A stretch of 64,000 nucleotides of DNA from Raillietiella orientalis (Eukaryota). The stretch's first letter is position 1. Every line of letters begins with the position of its first letter. The translations under genes were made by a program, and so were the position numbers. The stretch spans positions 4,774,001 to 4,838,000 of the forward strand of contig JAYWIR010000005.1 of the NCBI GenBank assembly GCA_036172245.1, written 5' to 3'. Of the stretch, positions 49,620 through 61,259 are shown piece by piece. The notes under the pieces were generated by a model. That model did no database searches. It was not told the DNA's origin and saw only the letters and a program-made list of their open reading frames with translations.

Positions 49620-50075
49620 ATCCGGTAAGCGCTCCGGAGGAAGGAGTCCGTTCTTCTTACTCACAGTTGGGAACGCGTTAAGGATCCGCTCCCGGAATTT
49701 ATTCCATGAAGGGAACCTGCAAGGGAACCGCTCCTGGTTTCCCCCTCCCCTGAAGAGAACCCTGAAGGGTCGCTCCCCAAAGGGAGCAGCGCGCTTCTTA
49801 CACTCTGGAGAGACAGCTCCCGAGGAGGGCATCTACCATCTCCATGGTAGGCGTTGGAGGGTCCACCTCGAGAGGAGAGGACGGCTCCATTTCCACAACC
49901 GGAGGGAAATCCTTGATTCCTGGAAGGACCTTGGAGGGTCAACTTCCAATCCCAGCCAGTCGAGGGGGGCAGACGGGGATCTCCGGCCTTCACCAGTGCC
50001 GCGCCCGAGGCCCTTGGGCCAACTAGCGTGATCCTGAGGGGGGAATCGAAAACCCATGACGCATCCTTTTCTCGG
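49620..50075 (-). mobile_element. SINE-like repeat, copy C (more diverged)
   Basis: Shares CGCTCCCCAAAGGG...TACACTCTGGAGAG...TCCTTGATTCCTGGAAGGA...CACCAGTGCCGC with copies A and B. Confidence 0.6.
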
Positions 50076-50449
50076 CGCGGAGACTGCAGCAGCCACGCGG
50101 CCGCCAATGCGGGTCAAAAGGAGTCACTTCCGCTTTCCTTCGTTCCAGACTTCCACAACTGAATGTAGGATGCATCCTGTACTTTGCTTCGGCCAAATAG
50201 CAGGGATTACTTGACACTGCCTCTGCCATGCAGTTGCGAAGCACCCAGGAGGGAGGATCTGCTGAGTGAATCTGCTCAAGCGAACGCCAGTGTCTTGCAC
50301 ATTGAAGCGTGCGGCTCGCTCGGGCTCTGTTTACGTCACGAAAGGAAATTTCGGGACGGAATTCCTCCCACGCTGGAGACCTCAAACAAAAAATTTTCTC
50401 GGTTCCCCTCTCTTGAAATTTGAAGAGGAGGCTCGGTCGGGGATTTCTT

Positions 50450-51300
50450 TAAGCGTTGTCCTATTCCCCCTCTAAAAGACACTTCCGGATGCTACCGGAG
50501 CTCGCTGCCTCTTTCATATAGAACACTTCAGACAGAGCATTATTGTTACTTTACAAGCTCCTTGTGCCTCCGGCTTGAAAGATCCTTGAAATGTTACAGT
50601 TCTTGCTGCAAACCATTCACCATGAGAACGCTGTTTGCATACGCTCATTGTTTTCATCCGAAACTCTGTCAACATCATTGTCAGCGTTGCTCACAGATCC
50701 CCACGCCCACTTCCTCTCTCGAGCCACTTGCGCACTCAAAACAGCCCTCTTCCCTCCGATCCCTGTGCTCCAGGTGGGGCTGTTTTGTATTCTGAGCGGA
50801 ACGCACTGTTCTGGAACATCAACGCGTACCTTGGTCACTTCGGAGGCTGCCGCTGGAATCCCACACGGCTGCAGTCTCGCTGATCCCCCGTTCCTGTTAC
50901 GGTCATTCTAAACCACCTTCTCGTTGGCGTGCACAAGCGGTCACGACGGACCGACGCCCTCTGGGGGCTGAAATGGTCTCCCTCCCGATTCCAATGAACT
51001 CAAACTCTTTCCTTTTTGCTTTCCCTTGGGCCTCCCCGCCCTACCTCGTAGACCAGGATAATTTGCTTTCGACAAATCCTCCTTTTCTACCTTGACTCTT
51101 TTTCCCAATCTTTAAAGTTTCTCCGAATGCCGAATGCATCCAACAGCTACGTACCGATCATTTGCTCCCTTGATTTCCCTAGGCGAAATTCTATTGGCAG
51201 TCCCAAATACCACCTAAAAAGCGATCTTTATTACCTTTCTCTTTTTCCAAGGACCATTTCTGTCTTACTATCTTGAATGCTCCCTGATACACCTTGAACC
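50450..51300 (+). mobile_element. Possible decayed LINE 3' fragment
   Basis: Cys-rich remnant KCYSSCCKPFT and VLYSERNALF (cf. WxxRNxxxF), followed by a long pyrimidine-rich tail; weak. Confidence 0.25.
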
Positions 51301-53062
51301 TCCCTTTCTTACTAATCTGGAAACGCGAACCTTCGGTTTCAAACCGAAACCTACATGACCATCGTCGTCTGCGCGACCAATGAAACCTTTGATCTTTCGA
51401 AACAAACCATTGGATTCATTCGTGACAGCTGGCCTAAACGCTCACCTAGGAAACGAGAAACGATGGATGCATTCCCGAAGTGGTGCTTCTTAGGCTCTGC
51501 AAAGGCAACCAGGCCAACCGTTCCATAAATTGTGCACTTTGGCGACGGCTGCAGTCAATGGAGCGAAGCGTTCTACCGCCTCGTAGGCCTCGAAGTAGAG
51601 GAGCAAATCAGCCCCGAATCCCCATAACCAGGAACCAGATCTTTCTGTTTGTTCTCTCCGTATCAACTCCTGAAGAAAGAAAGGGGTAGGAGCGTAAAAG
51701 AAAATTCAGCGGATAGGAGTTTGCAGATCCCTTGCTTCTGGAAATGCATACGAGGGAGAAATGATACCAAGAAAAAGAAATAGGCCTGCAGCATTAGATG
51801 CTTCATGCATCGGCCGCGTGGCCACCACACGCAGCAGCAGCAACAGGAGTTCCGCACTTCCCTTTCTGAAGGGCAAGTTTTCTGCGTTGGAAGGCAGAAA
51901 ACTTGCCCTTGCAGAAATGTCTTTGATAAGCAGTTTGAAACAAATGGTAGCTACATCCATTCCCTGTATCCACTATTTTTCCAGAAGCTGACTCGTTTAA
52001 TTGGGAACCGGTGGACCAGAAACTCTTCCATCCAGAAGTTTCTGATTGCGCCATTTTTCCCCCCTTTGCCGAGCAAACGGTTTCCCTCTGGGCTGACAAC
52101 TTTGCCGCACCGTTCTTTCTGTCATTGTTTGGTTTCCTAAACCGGAAATGAGATGTCTGTTTATTATGGTGTGATCTCCGCGATGCTGCAAGCCGTAAAA
52201 GAGCACGGTTTTCGCTGCCCGCTGATCCATTCGAAGCCAGGCAAAGGCAAAAATCATCTTTTGTTTGCCCACGACAAGCAAACAATCGAACTTGAGTGTG
52301 TCTTTCCTTTCATCTCCACTTCCTGATGCCACGGGAACGGCGAAGGGAGGAAACGAAAGTTTGTTTTGTCTTTCGCATATGGATGGCCGTCAACAAGGCT
52401 CGGGTTTGCTTTTATCCCTTCCTTTGTCATCGGCAGGCAGAACCCAGCGCTCACGGTTGCCCGTCTCCTGTTAACTGCATGCGTTCCATTCTCCAGAGAT
52501 GGGGCACTTGCAGCCTCGACAAAAAGATGTGCATTGGGAATTTCCTGCTTGGCTGACATGACCAACTGCTACTACCGCTTGAGAAGCCAGCCGATTGCCG
52601 AAGAAACCAGCTTGGGAGCAGAGTAGGTTGGAGTCTTGGGTTCGATCAAAGGCATGTTGGTTGCTGGCTGGTACAAGGTCCATCAGAACTTACTCCTCAC
52701 CAGCGAATGAGCATAGCCTCTGCAAGGGGAGATCCAGAACGCAACTAACTATCTTGAAACGGAAATGCACTGGAGCCGAAAGAAGGAAAGTCTTTCTTTT
52801 CCGCCTCTGGAAAGCAGCGAGTGGGACCGACGCTGCAGGCATTCCGACGGCACCAGATGCATCCCCTCTTGAAAGCACTCTTTCATGTAGCAGGTGAGGA
52901 TGAATTCCACGAGCATCGTCGGGAGCTACACGCGTGTGGTCTTCTTCCTCGAGCAGAAAATCTCCCTCTGATTGTACGCTCTCTACATCCGCCAGGAGGG
53001 CGGATGAGAAATTTTCTGGAGCGCCGTGGACGCCCTGCTGCAGCAATGGCAGCAGGGTGTTC

Positions 53063-53380
53063 GGATCAGCTCTCAGCAGGTGACGGGAAAGTGCCAAGCA
53101 TCCCGTCGAGTTCCAAGAGCAGCAGGGAACACAACACCGTCAGTCTGCACTCGTAGCTTCCAGTCTTTGCTCGCTCGCCGTCGGGAGACGCGTGGCTCGC
53201 GCCTTGGGTTGGCTATCCAGCAGACAGAAGGCGTCCACGTCCCCAAGGGAGGAACCTCGCGTTCCAGTTGAAATTATCTGGTCCATCCATGGAGAGCGGT
53301 GGCAGGTCAATTCCTATCATACGGGATCAGCTCTCAGCAGCTGACGGGAAAGCGCCAAGCATCCAGTCGAGTTCCAAGAG
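53063..53380. repeat. 57-bp direct repeat pair (53063-53119 and 53324-53380)
   Basis: 54/57 identical; the minus strand of the first copy reads SWNSTG..., similar to the start of an APE endonuclease domain. Confidence 0.85.
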
Positions 53381-53399
53381 GCCGTTCAGTGCCCGAGCA

Positions 53400-56300
53400 G
53401 GTGCGCCGTCAGTAACTCGGCTGATGACAGCAGTCATTTCAGAACAATAGGGGATGCAGTCGAGCGGTGAAAGGTAGCGAGTTTTCCCTATCTTTGGAGC
53501 CTCAAAGCCCTCGGACCATCACCTGCCTTTAGCAACATCACGTGCATCACTGGAGAGGCGGAAGTGCAAGTTCACCTTCGTATTGGAGAAGGCGGAGCAC
53601 CGTGCACTTCGCCACCGAGGTGGCCTCCATGCCGCATGAATCCGAGCGCCCTCTTGAGGGAGCTCAGGTCGGCTCGGGCCCTCAACCAAAGGATGGCCGA
53701 GCTGGTGGATCCAGAATGCATCCTTGCTGGATTGAATGCTCGTCGAGAGCCGCACTTCATCGGCATACAGCAAGGGATGTCCCAAATCCTTTCGGATGCT
53801 GACGAACCGACTGTCCCGCAGCATTCACCGCAGGTCAAAACCCGCCAGCTGGCCAGAGGAGAACCACCCCGTTTGGGAAATTAAGTTCCTCTCCCTCCCG
53901 AACAGCGTTCTCCTGCTCTCTGCAGAGCTGCGGACGTTGCGGAACGGGAACCCCGACCGGCTTCTTTACAGGATCAGAACGGGGGGACTCCCCGCCATGA
54001 GGTCGGCCTCTGTGACCGTAGTAGCTCCACCGGAGCACTACGCCCTTTGGAGCGCGGGCGGAGCCACCCTGCCCGTGGCGGCGGCGCTTCCTTCCGTGGG
54101 AGGTGACTCACACAGGAGAAAAGGGCGTTCCGTCGTTCCTCGCGTCGCTAGGGGATTCAGGTGGGTCATGCGTGCACGATCTAGAAATCAGGAAGGGTAG
54201 TAACACCGCTTTCCTGCTGGCAGGGAAGTCATCCGGAGCCTGGTGGATGGCGTCGAGTCTCAAAAAGTGGTCGAGCTCTCCGGAGCCGATGCGGTTGCCC
54301 CCTGTGAAAGAGGATCCCGCTTCGGGTCAGTCGACGCGGCATGTTGCAGGAGGGGTAGGCGTGCGGGATCTCCCAGATCCTCTAAAGAGGAGTCACCCCC
54401 TCCGGTACTGACCTCCCCTCCGCCTCGAAGGGAGAGAGAAGAAGCACACAGAGGGCGTCGTGGGGACCCGGAAGACATCTTGGTCGCGGAGCGGCTGCAG
54501 GATGAGTCCCCGCCGGAAGAAGGCGATCTCAAGGGAATACGGAGGGAAAGAGGGGTGAAGCACTGACCGACTCCTCCTGCTTTCTGAGGCGCCTTTCTCT
54601 CGAAGGGGTGCGCTTCTTGGTCTCCTGCCTAGCTGCGGGTTTCCAGGAAACGGAAGAGGATCGACCAGCAGCAGGCCCAGGCCAAAGGATGGCTCCCGTC
54701 CTTTGGAACAGGACCTGGGCTAGACCTCGTGGGAGGGTCTCTTCGTGTTGCGAAGGGATCGCACCCGAGAAGAGAGGGGGATAACATGGATTACCAGATA
54801 CAGGGGAGGGATGGGAGTAGAATTCTCCAGGAGGTGCAGTTTGACCTCTCTTTGATGTAGGGCGTGGGAGTTCAGGGTTTCTTCTCGTGTCCCGCCGCGG
54901 AGCAGCTTCTAATGGGCGAGCTCTGGAACCTTCGAGCGTAGAAACTGCCACCTACCACCGGAAGAGTCTGCCAGCGTGACCACGGCCGAACTTGGAGCTT
55001 TTTTCTTCCTCAGCCTCCTTCCTCTTCGCAGATCCGACCTTCAAGGAGGACGCGAGGCGGAGCGCCCCCGGGAAAATGCCCCCCTCCCGCTGACCGCTGC
55101 CTCCTCCCACGTTTTTGGACGTAACGAGGCGGCGAGCAGGGTCGGCGGAGAATCCTCAGGAAAGCCTTCCGAAACTCCCCTCACCCATGGGCAAGGAAGA
55201 AGGGCGATCCAGGAAGACAGATCCCGAATGAAGGGACGCCATGGGGTCACCTCGCTGACCACGGGTCGAGGCTCGGAGCCCAGAAAACATCTCGTGACGC
55301 GCAGCCGCCGGCGGGCAGATCCGGAAGGAGCGATGGTGGAGCTGATCGGTGGAGAGTCTTCTTGGAGATCGACCAGACACCCGCGGCGTTGGAGATGGGG
55401 AGTCTCCCTCCGAAGCTCAGCTTCCGATCGTGCAGAAGCGGGAGTGCCGTCATCCTCGAACTACTGGGGACGGAGGCTCAGCATGCGGAGGGAGACCCCG
55501 CACCAAGACCGTACCTGGTCTTTCCGCTCCGTTACTTCCAATTACGCAGCGGCCCCCCTCGTCTGCGTGGTCGCGGGGACTCTTTCTGCCTTCCAGGGGT
55601 TGCCGCAGTATCTCTCCTGCCTTCCCAGGGAAGCATTCTGGTCTGACGAAGGTACGGAGGGTGATTTCGGTCCTTGCACTCCCCACAGCCCCAGGGAGAG
55701 CACGCAGGTCCCCTTGCTGCTGCATCCGCGGTGCGCCTTCCCCTTTGGATGCAGCAAGAGGGCCGCTGCCGAAGAGTGGCAGCGCCAAGCCCCTCGAGAC
55801 TGACAGGGGGTGCAATGGCAAATACGACAGTGGGGTCACCCAGCAATGGTGGCAACCTGATCCCATGAACGAAAGCAGGAGATTACCTGAACGAACCTCC
55901 TGAAGATTCCAAGGAACTTTTGCTGCAGTGGCTGTGCCGGCATGCCCTCCAGCCTTCCAGATTAACGGCCATACGGAGGCAGCAATGCTACCCTGCCTTC
56001 TCTCTGAGGTCTCACCAGACTCCACGGGAAAATAGGCGCGGCAATGATACGTTTTCTCTGGAGCGTATTGTTCCCTCAGGGAAAGCCTTGAGTGTAAGAT
56101 GAAGAAGCACTAAGTGTAAGATGACTGAAGGACATGTAAGATGACCCAAGCGAGCAGAGGTCATTTCCGATGCAGAGATTGCGTGTCCGCCTCTCCCAGC
56201 GCCTCCGTGAGCTGCCTCTCCCCGTGTCTTGAAACACAGATGTCTGCTGCCTAGAGTTTGGGGAGGTATCGCCTGGAAACCGCGGGAGCGGCAAACAAGA

Positions 56301-57560
56301 CGACTTTGGAATTCCTCAACAGGAGGAGAGTGGCCTCCATTCCGGAAGCAGACGGAAACGCATGCTGGAATAGCAGGGAGAGGAGTGTGAGGGAGAACCG
56401 CCCGTCTAGACCATTCGGAAGCAGTGAGCCAGAAGGTGGCCTCCAAAGAGAGTTCTTCTAAAGGAACGGATGCTGCAAAAGCTTTCCGGAGCGCGCATCA
56501 CAGTCCCTTGCTTTGCCAGAGGCACACTCTGCTGAGTGCCTCTGGCAAAGCAAGGAAGTTTGTTTCTCGCGCTCGCCGAAGTGTGGCTAGGAGTCCCTCA
56601 GCCTGATCCTCAGTTACACGTGAACTTACCAAGCTCTCCCGTCATCACGCAGCGTGCTCGGAACGCCGCAAATCCTGGTTCGGGCTTCATCTGTAGGATG
56701 AGAGAACGGAGGGTCCACTGAAGGAGGATGAGGATGGGGGGAACATTTTTGGGGTTTGCAGGCGCGGATGGCACCGGCTTTGGTCTCCCTGAGGGCTTCC
56801 CCTCCCCTTTGTCAGGAACCAAAGCGATCCTGTTCGGGGCTCTGCACTGACGCATCAGGAGAGGAGGAAGCAGTCTGATGCCTCCGCGACGATTGGTTAG
56901 GAAGATGTGCGAGGGCGTGCATTGTTTGAGTCCACCCTGAGCCGACCGAGGGACCGCAGTGACGCCCCCTGCTCGGGATCGGAGCTCCTGTGGCAATCGG
57001 AGGGCACCCTCTTCCTTGGACGGCACGACCGAAGAGCTCGCGCGACCTTTCCCCGTCCGAGGTGGGGACCTCCGTCCGAGACCTCGGCGGAAGGCGCGCC
57101 ACCTCGTGCTGCACCGGCAGCATCGGGCGCCTCCTCATCGAGACGGGGTTGCGCCAGCAGCGGGAGGGAAAGGTCATCTTCCTCCTCCTGTTCGACTGTC
57201 GCGTGCTGCGGAGGAAAACGAGCGGGCAGGATGGCCCACCTGACCCCCACAGCGAGGGAGGTGACTCAGGAACGAAGTACTGGAGCCTGAAGGGGCTTTC
57301 CCCTCCCCTGCGGCTCCTTCATCTTCGTCCGTCTGCTGGAGGTGCTGCCCTCGCTTGTCACTCCAGGCCTCGCACTCCGGTGCAGCTGCACGGAAGACGC
57401 AACATCCCACCTGCTTAGAGCGAGGTTCTACCTACCTCCTTCCTCCTCCCTCGAAAAGGAGCAGTCTCGCAGGGAGGGGAAAAGGGGGAAGAGGAGGAAA
57501 AACAGAGCATCAACTTCTGGCGTTCCCTTCGCGGTTCGCGCCGGGAACTAGAGCCGACCC
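53400..57560 (-). mobile_element. Long decayed L1/Tx1-like LINE (ORF1 - endonuclease - RT)
   Basis: Minus-strand remnants in the expected order: knuckle-like segment ~56570-56520, VPWNLQE (~55917-55897), PPG/APDDFP (54246-54223, cf. PGPDG), RGGSPLAS (~53871-53848, cf. RQGCPLSP), LYADEV (YADE 53767-53756, cf. YADD). Many frameshifts. Confidence 0.55.
56506..56555. repeat. Perfect 20-bp inverted repeat with 10-nt loop
   Basis: CCTTGCTTTGCCAGAGGCAC (56506-56525) / GTGCCTCTGGCAAAGCAAGG (56536-56555). Confidence 0.95.
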
Positions 57561-58064
57561 TTCCCTTCCGGGAGCCTTTCCCGAAAGCTTCCATGAGGGC
57601 TGGAAAGGCAGAAAGGGGCTGCTTCTGTCTCGTCTTGCCCACGATCCTAGTTATCCCAGTCGCGCCACTCCCCTAGGGAAGTGACGGAGCGCTTTGGTGA
57701 CGTCCGCGGTCCACCTCTGGGGAAAGACAAGGAAGTAGGCTCTTCCCTGACAGCTCCAGCAGATCCTTCATCCTGGAGGAGTTGGAGTCCGTCTGACTAG
57801 AACGACGCATGCGCAAAACTCTTCCTCTCCTGCCTCCACTCCATCATCTCCCTTTCCTCTTCCTTCTGCTGCTGATTTGGAAAGAAGGAGGGGTCCGGGA
57901 GGCAGCCGCACTTGGGGACAATCACAACCCTTTTCCACCCAATTTCCTTCCTTCCTCTCCTTCTTCCAGGTCTTCTGGACAGTGGCAGAGAGCAGTTCTC
58001 CTCTGCCTCGCAACCTCTTTCCGTTATCCCTTCGGCCAACTAAGGTGCTGGATGGAAGGCTCTG

Positions 58065-58868
58065 GGTGTGTCACCCGGGTACGCCCGGGGCGTTTATTTA
58101 AAAAACTCTACATTTCGTGGTACAAGGCCCCACTGACGGCCATCGACACCGGACCTGCCGGGACGCCGGGGGACAGCCAGGCGTGACTCTCCTCGGCAGT
58201 GGAAGGGGATGGGGGAGAAAACAAAAAGAAAAATGAAATAAGAAAAAAAAACGAAAAGAGCTTGGAGGGAGGGGAAGGGATCACTGTCCACTATGAGGAG
58301 GGCCCATCCTTCGCAGGATGCCCTTGAGGTCCATCTATATTTGTCTCAGTTGGGGCCATCCTGTGGCTCTCACCATGAAGCGAAGAGCATATGGGATAAC
58401 ATCCCTCTCGTTGTGAGCATCTTCTTCGTCGTGGACATCACTCCAAACCGCCACAATGCCTCGGATGCAGCATAGTGCTGCCACGGCTGAGGCTGGCTGC
58501 AGGGCGTTATGTGCGAAGAGAAGCCGGAAAACGTCTCTGGGCTCGCTGCCCGTTGGGAGCCCGAGGGTCGTCCCAAACCGTTCCCACAGGGGTCGGAGGG
58601 CAGCACAGTCAACAAGAAGGTGGGGGAGCGATTCCTGCTCCCCACATCTGGCACAATCAGGATCCACAGCTCCCCTTGTCCAGTGGAAGCGGCGCGCGTT
58701 GCAGGATAAACCAAGGCTCCGGGTGATGGCGGCCGAAAACGCCCGGCAGTCGCACGCGTCTCCGCCTCATCCTTATCTCAGTATTGCTCACGCTCGATCT
58801 CCCCGCGCCGTGCACTTCCGGTGTGCTTCCGAATTCTCAGCAGCTCACCCCGGTGTGCTTGGTCGCAG
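58065..58868 (-). mobile_element. LINE 3' fragment, diverged relative of the 43 kb and 59 kb copies
   Basis: HRGELLRI...VDPDCARCGEQESLPHLLVDCAALRPLW aligns with HWGELLGI...VDPNCCRCGEQESLSHQLVHCVALRPSW; same AATAAA-plus-hairpin terminus. Confidence 0.75.
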
Positions 58869-58869
58869 G

Positions 58870-60303
58870 TGATCACTCAGAAGCCTTGAGCAAGTCTCCC
58901 ATTCTCGAGAGTCCCGGAGAGTTCAGCTTTCTTCTTCACCCCACGACTGAGCGTGCGCGCACACCAAAAAGAGCACCTTCGCGTTGCAACGGAGGCCTCA
59001 ACCTCCTGATGCTGGAGCGCCTGGAGCGATAGCTCCAGTGGAGGACGCTTGTCCTAGTGGCGAAGCTTTGGATCACGAACTGATGTAAGCCCGCGCGATA
59101 CCTAGTCAAGAGAGCCACCGGTGACTCGGGACTGCCTTCGTTTCTGGCGTGGCGGATCAGACGCAACGTGTCCAGCTGCGGACTGGAGCTCCGACGGTGG
59201 CCAAGCTGACCAGGACCAATCACTGGATCTTTTGCCGACCCACCAACAGTAGCGCCTGATTGCAGGGAACCGTTCGCAGATGAGCCAAGAACAACGAAGC
59301 GAGCTCGAAGATGCAGCAGCGACTTCTGCACTCCTACAACAACCACTCTCTGCAGGTCGTCATCGTGCAGTCCACCACGTGTGTATGGGAGGGAAAAAAA
59401 CTCTCTAGTCACGGCACTGCCCTCCCTCAGGGAGTACCTGGACAGTAACCAGCCGGCCAAATGGGAGGTCCAATGTGAGATCGGTGGAAGAGCGAAGGAA
59501 TTAGGTGGTTGAACCACAGGCCAGCTCACGGAACGCTGCGACCCCAAGTGCCCCACCGAAAGGACCATTGCACTGGGGTGAGCTGCTGGGAATCCTACAG
59601 GAAGACTTCGAGTGGCCCCCAGCACTCAAGAACAACTGCTCCCCCCCCCCCGAAGTGGCACGAGTCCACACTTCTGCTGTTGCACTAGGGTTTCCCGTGC
59701 AACGCTCGCCGGTCTCACTGGGCCCGGCGGGCCGTGGATCCCAACTGCTGCAGGTGCGGGGAACAGGAATCCCTCTCGCACCAGCTTGTACACTGTGTTG
59801 CCCTCCGGCCCTCGTGGTTGCGTTACGCAACGGCCCTTAGCCCACCGACGGACAGTCTGTTCGTGAGCGATTTGTTTCGCCTGGAGCATCCCTAGCAGCT
59901 CTTTGCTGCTGATTATGCGGGATTGCGACGGCCCAGAGCTACGCGAGAAGAGAACGATGCGGCGGGGACGCCATCTGCTTTGCCCTGAGTTTCCTGCCTA
60001 CGACAGCAAAATGGTTCCACCTGGGGCACATGCGGATGGAACTTGGCGGCATCCTGGAAAGGATGCAGAGGACGCCCTCCAGCAGACAGCGATCCCTTTC
60101 CGTGCCTCTCAGAGTTTTTTTTCATTATTGATTTTTATTTTTATTTGCCCCTCCGCTGCCGAGGCGTACCTCGCCGGCCTGCGTGGAGGTTACCGGTCAA
60201 CAGGCTCTGAACACTTTCGGACGATATAGGGCCGATGATCCTACACCTACTGTATGTTTATTATTTTTATAATAAACGCCCCGGCGTGACCGGGTGATAA
60301 ACC
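58870..60303 (+). mobile_element. 5'-truncated L1/Tx1-like LINE 3' fragment (contains direct-repeat copy 2)
   Basis: Post-RT motif APSRCNGGLNL (GGLNL 58991-59005, cf. PxxxGGLGL), zinc finger at ~59734, and a 3' 728 bp matching 43336-44060. Confidence 0.75.
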
Positions 60304-61259
60304 GAAAAGAGCAAAAGGGCCGTTGCTTTTCCTGCATCTACCTTCACCACGAGTCTTCCGGGACTTCCGGAAGCCGAGGAACGGAGTTGGTTAGGAAGCA
60401 TGGAGGTCCGAAGGTGACTCCGAAGAGGGATGCCCAGAGGGAACGGTCCCGTGCTGCTGGGGAAGAAGGTCGCGCAGCTCCTCAGCGGTCCAAGTCAGGC
60501 TGCGGTGGAGCAGCTGAAGGGCACGGAAGGTGCCTACTGAATCGAAGCGTCAGCTGACTTTAGAAAGACGGTCATGGGCGATCGTGGGCACGGCCCAATG
60601 CTTCCGAAAGATGACAGCTGACTCGCCGACGGGTGTGCGCTTACACCTCTCTTCCAGAGGCCCTGCTCGCACAACGCGCCACCGAAGGCGGCGGTGGGAA
60701 AAGAGATGACAGGAAGATCAGGTCTGGTCCACGGAGAATCCTCTGGACCCTCTCGAGATGATGATGCTCTGTGTTACGGCCCCCCCTCTCCTACGAAAGT
60801 GCTCGCCGCCCAGGGTTGTGCAGGGGAACCGGAAATGGCGCCACCCGACCCTCTCTTAATGGATTGGCGCCATCCGACGCATCCAGGAAAGCACGGCGCC
60901 GATGGCGAAAGCACCGCGCGTAGGTAACAGAGTGACCGGAAGCGGTGTGGCATGCCCGACAGGGCTGTGCGGTCTCGCGACCGGGCAGGGCCCTCTACCG
61001 AAGTGGGCCGCGAAGGGAGGAAAGGGAGGATCGAGGACCGGGAGAAGAGGAGAAAGATCGAAGTCCGCGGTGACGGACCCCTGAGTTCCTCGAAAGGGGT
61101 GAGGGGGGCCTCACCCACTGGGCTCTCCCTGGTGGTGGCGTGAGGACAGGAAGGCTGACCCGAGGGAAACGGGAGTCTCTTCCGGGCCGGCAGGGAAGCG
61201 TCCCTCATCTTCGACGCATTCGGCTGGAGGAACTCGCAAGGGAGACGACGCGTCCGGGA

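Noticed and set aside
53421..53445. CTGATGA core suggesting a hammerhead ribozyme
   Set aside because: No GAAA after a stem II and no supporting stems; the other CTGATGA sites I checked also failed.
56091..56146. Three TGTAAGATGA units at ~21-nt spacing (CRISPR-like look)
   Set aside because: Repeat and spacers are far too short, there are no cas genes and the context is eukaryotic; a degenerate minisatellite.
43336..60303. Direct repeats read as the LTRs of a 17-kb retrotransposon
   Set aside because: No TG...CA ends, PBS, PPT or TSD; the repeat encodes a LINE zinc finger and the interior is a mixture of relics on both strands.
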